This document shows, in pieces, positions 63,815 to 64,000 of a stretch of DNA of 64,000 nucleotides. Source of the stretch: Octopus sinensis (Eukaryota); NCBI RefSeq assembly GCF_006345805.1, contig NC_043017.1, forward strand, positions 6,262,001 through 6,326,000, in the 5' to 3' direction. Position 1 is the first letter of the stretch; every line of letters begins with the position of its first letter. Below the pieces are notes generated by a model. The model did not search any database. It was not told the DNA's origin and was given only the letters and a program-made list of their open reading frames with translations. The position numbers were made by a program, and so were the translations under genes.

Positions 63815-64000
63815 CATCATCATCATCATCGTTTAACATCCGCTTTCCATGCTAGCATGGGTTGGACGATTTGACTGAGGACTGGCGAACCAGATGGCTG
63901 CACCAGGCTCCAATCTGGTCTGGCAGAGTTTCTATGGCTGGATGCCCTTCCTAATGCCAACCACTCCAAGAGTGTAGTGGGTGCTTATTACATGCCACCG
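63815..64000 (-). mobile_element. RTE LINE tail, same subfamily as 63357, inverted
   Basis: (CAT)n GTTTAACATCCGCTTTCCATGCTAGCATGGGTTGGACGATTTGACTGAGG…. Confidence 0.85.

Overview
AT-rich, repeat-saturated eukaryotic DNA. The SINE complement matches, from memory and not from a search, an octopus (coleoid cephalopod) genome. No intact host gene is recognisable, and almost every ORF in the track is a translation of a microsatellite or low-complexity tract. The window holds three tRNA-derived SINE families (CORE-like with an internal microsatellite, V/CORE-like, Meta-like), many 5'-truncated RTE-type LINE 3' ends, and fragments of CR1, R4/Dong-type (CCHC + restriction-like endonuclease) and mariner/Tc1 elements. 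It also holds hAT and piggyBac-like MITEs, a Helentron-type element and several minisatellites. The most interesting signal is a set of hammerhead-ribozyme motifs that fold by eye: 4489-4532 (-), 7562-7607 (-) and a CpG-decayed one at 43681-43740 (+), plus degenerate relatives at about 2192, 8025 and 31162. Two of them sit as divergent pairs in fold-back elements and one lies in a ~340 bp unit bounded by direct repeats, which suggests Penelope-like or retrozyme elements. A second theme is (TAA)n-targeted insertion by R4/Dong-like and non-coding elements. A few possible micro-exons hint, weakly, that the window is intronic.
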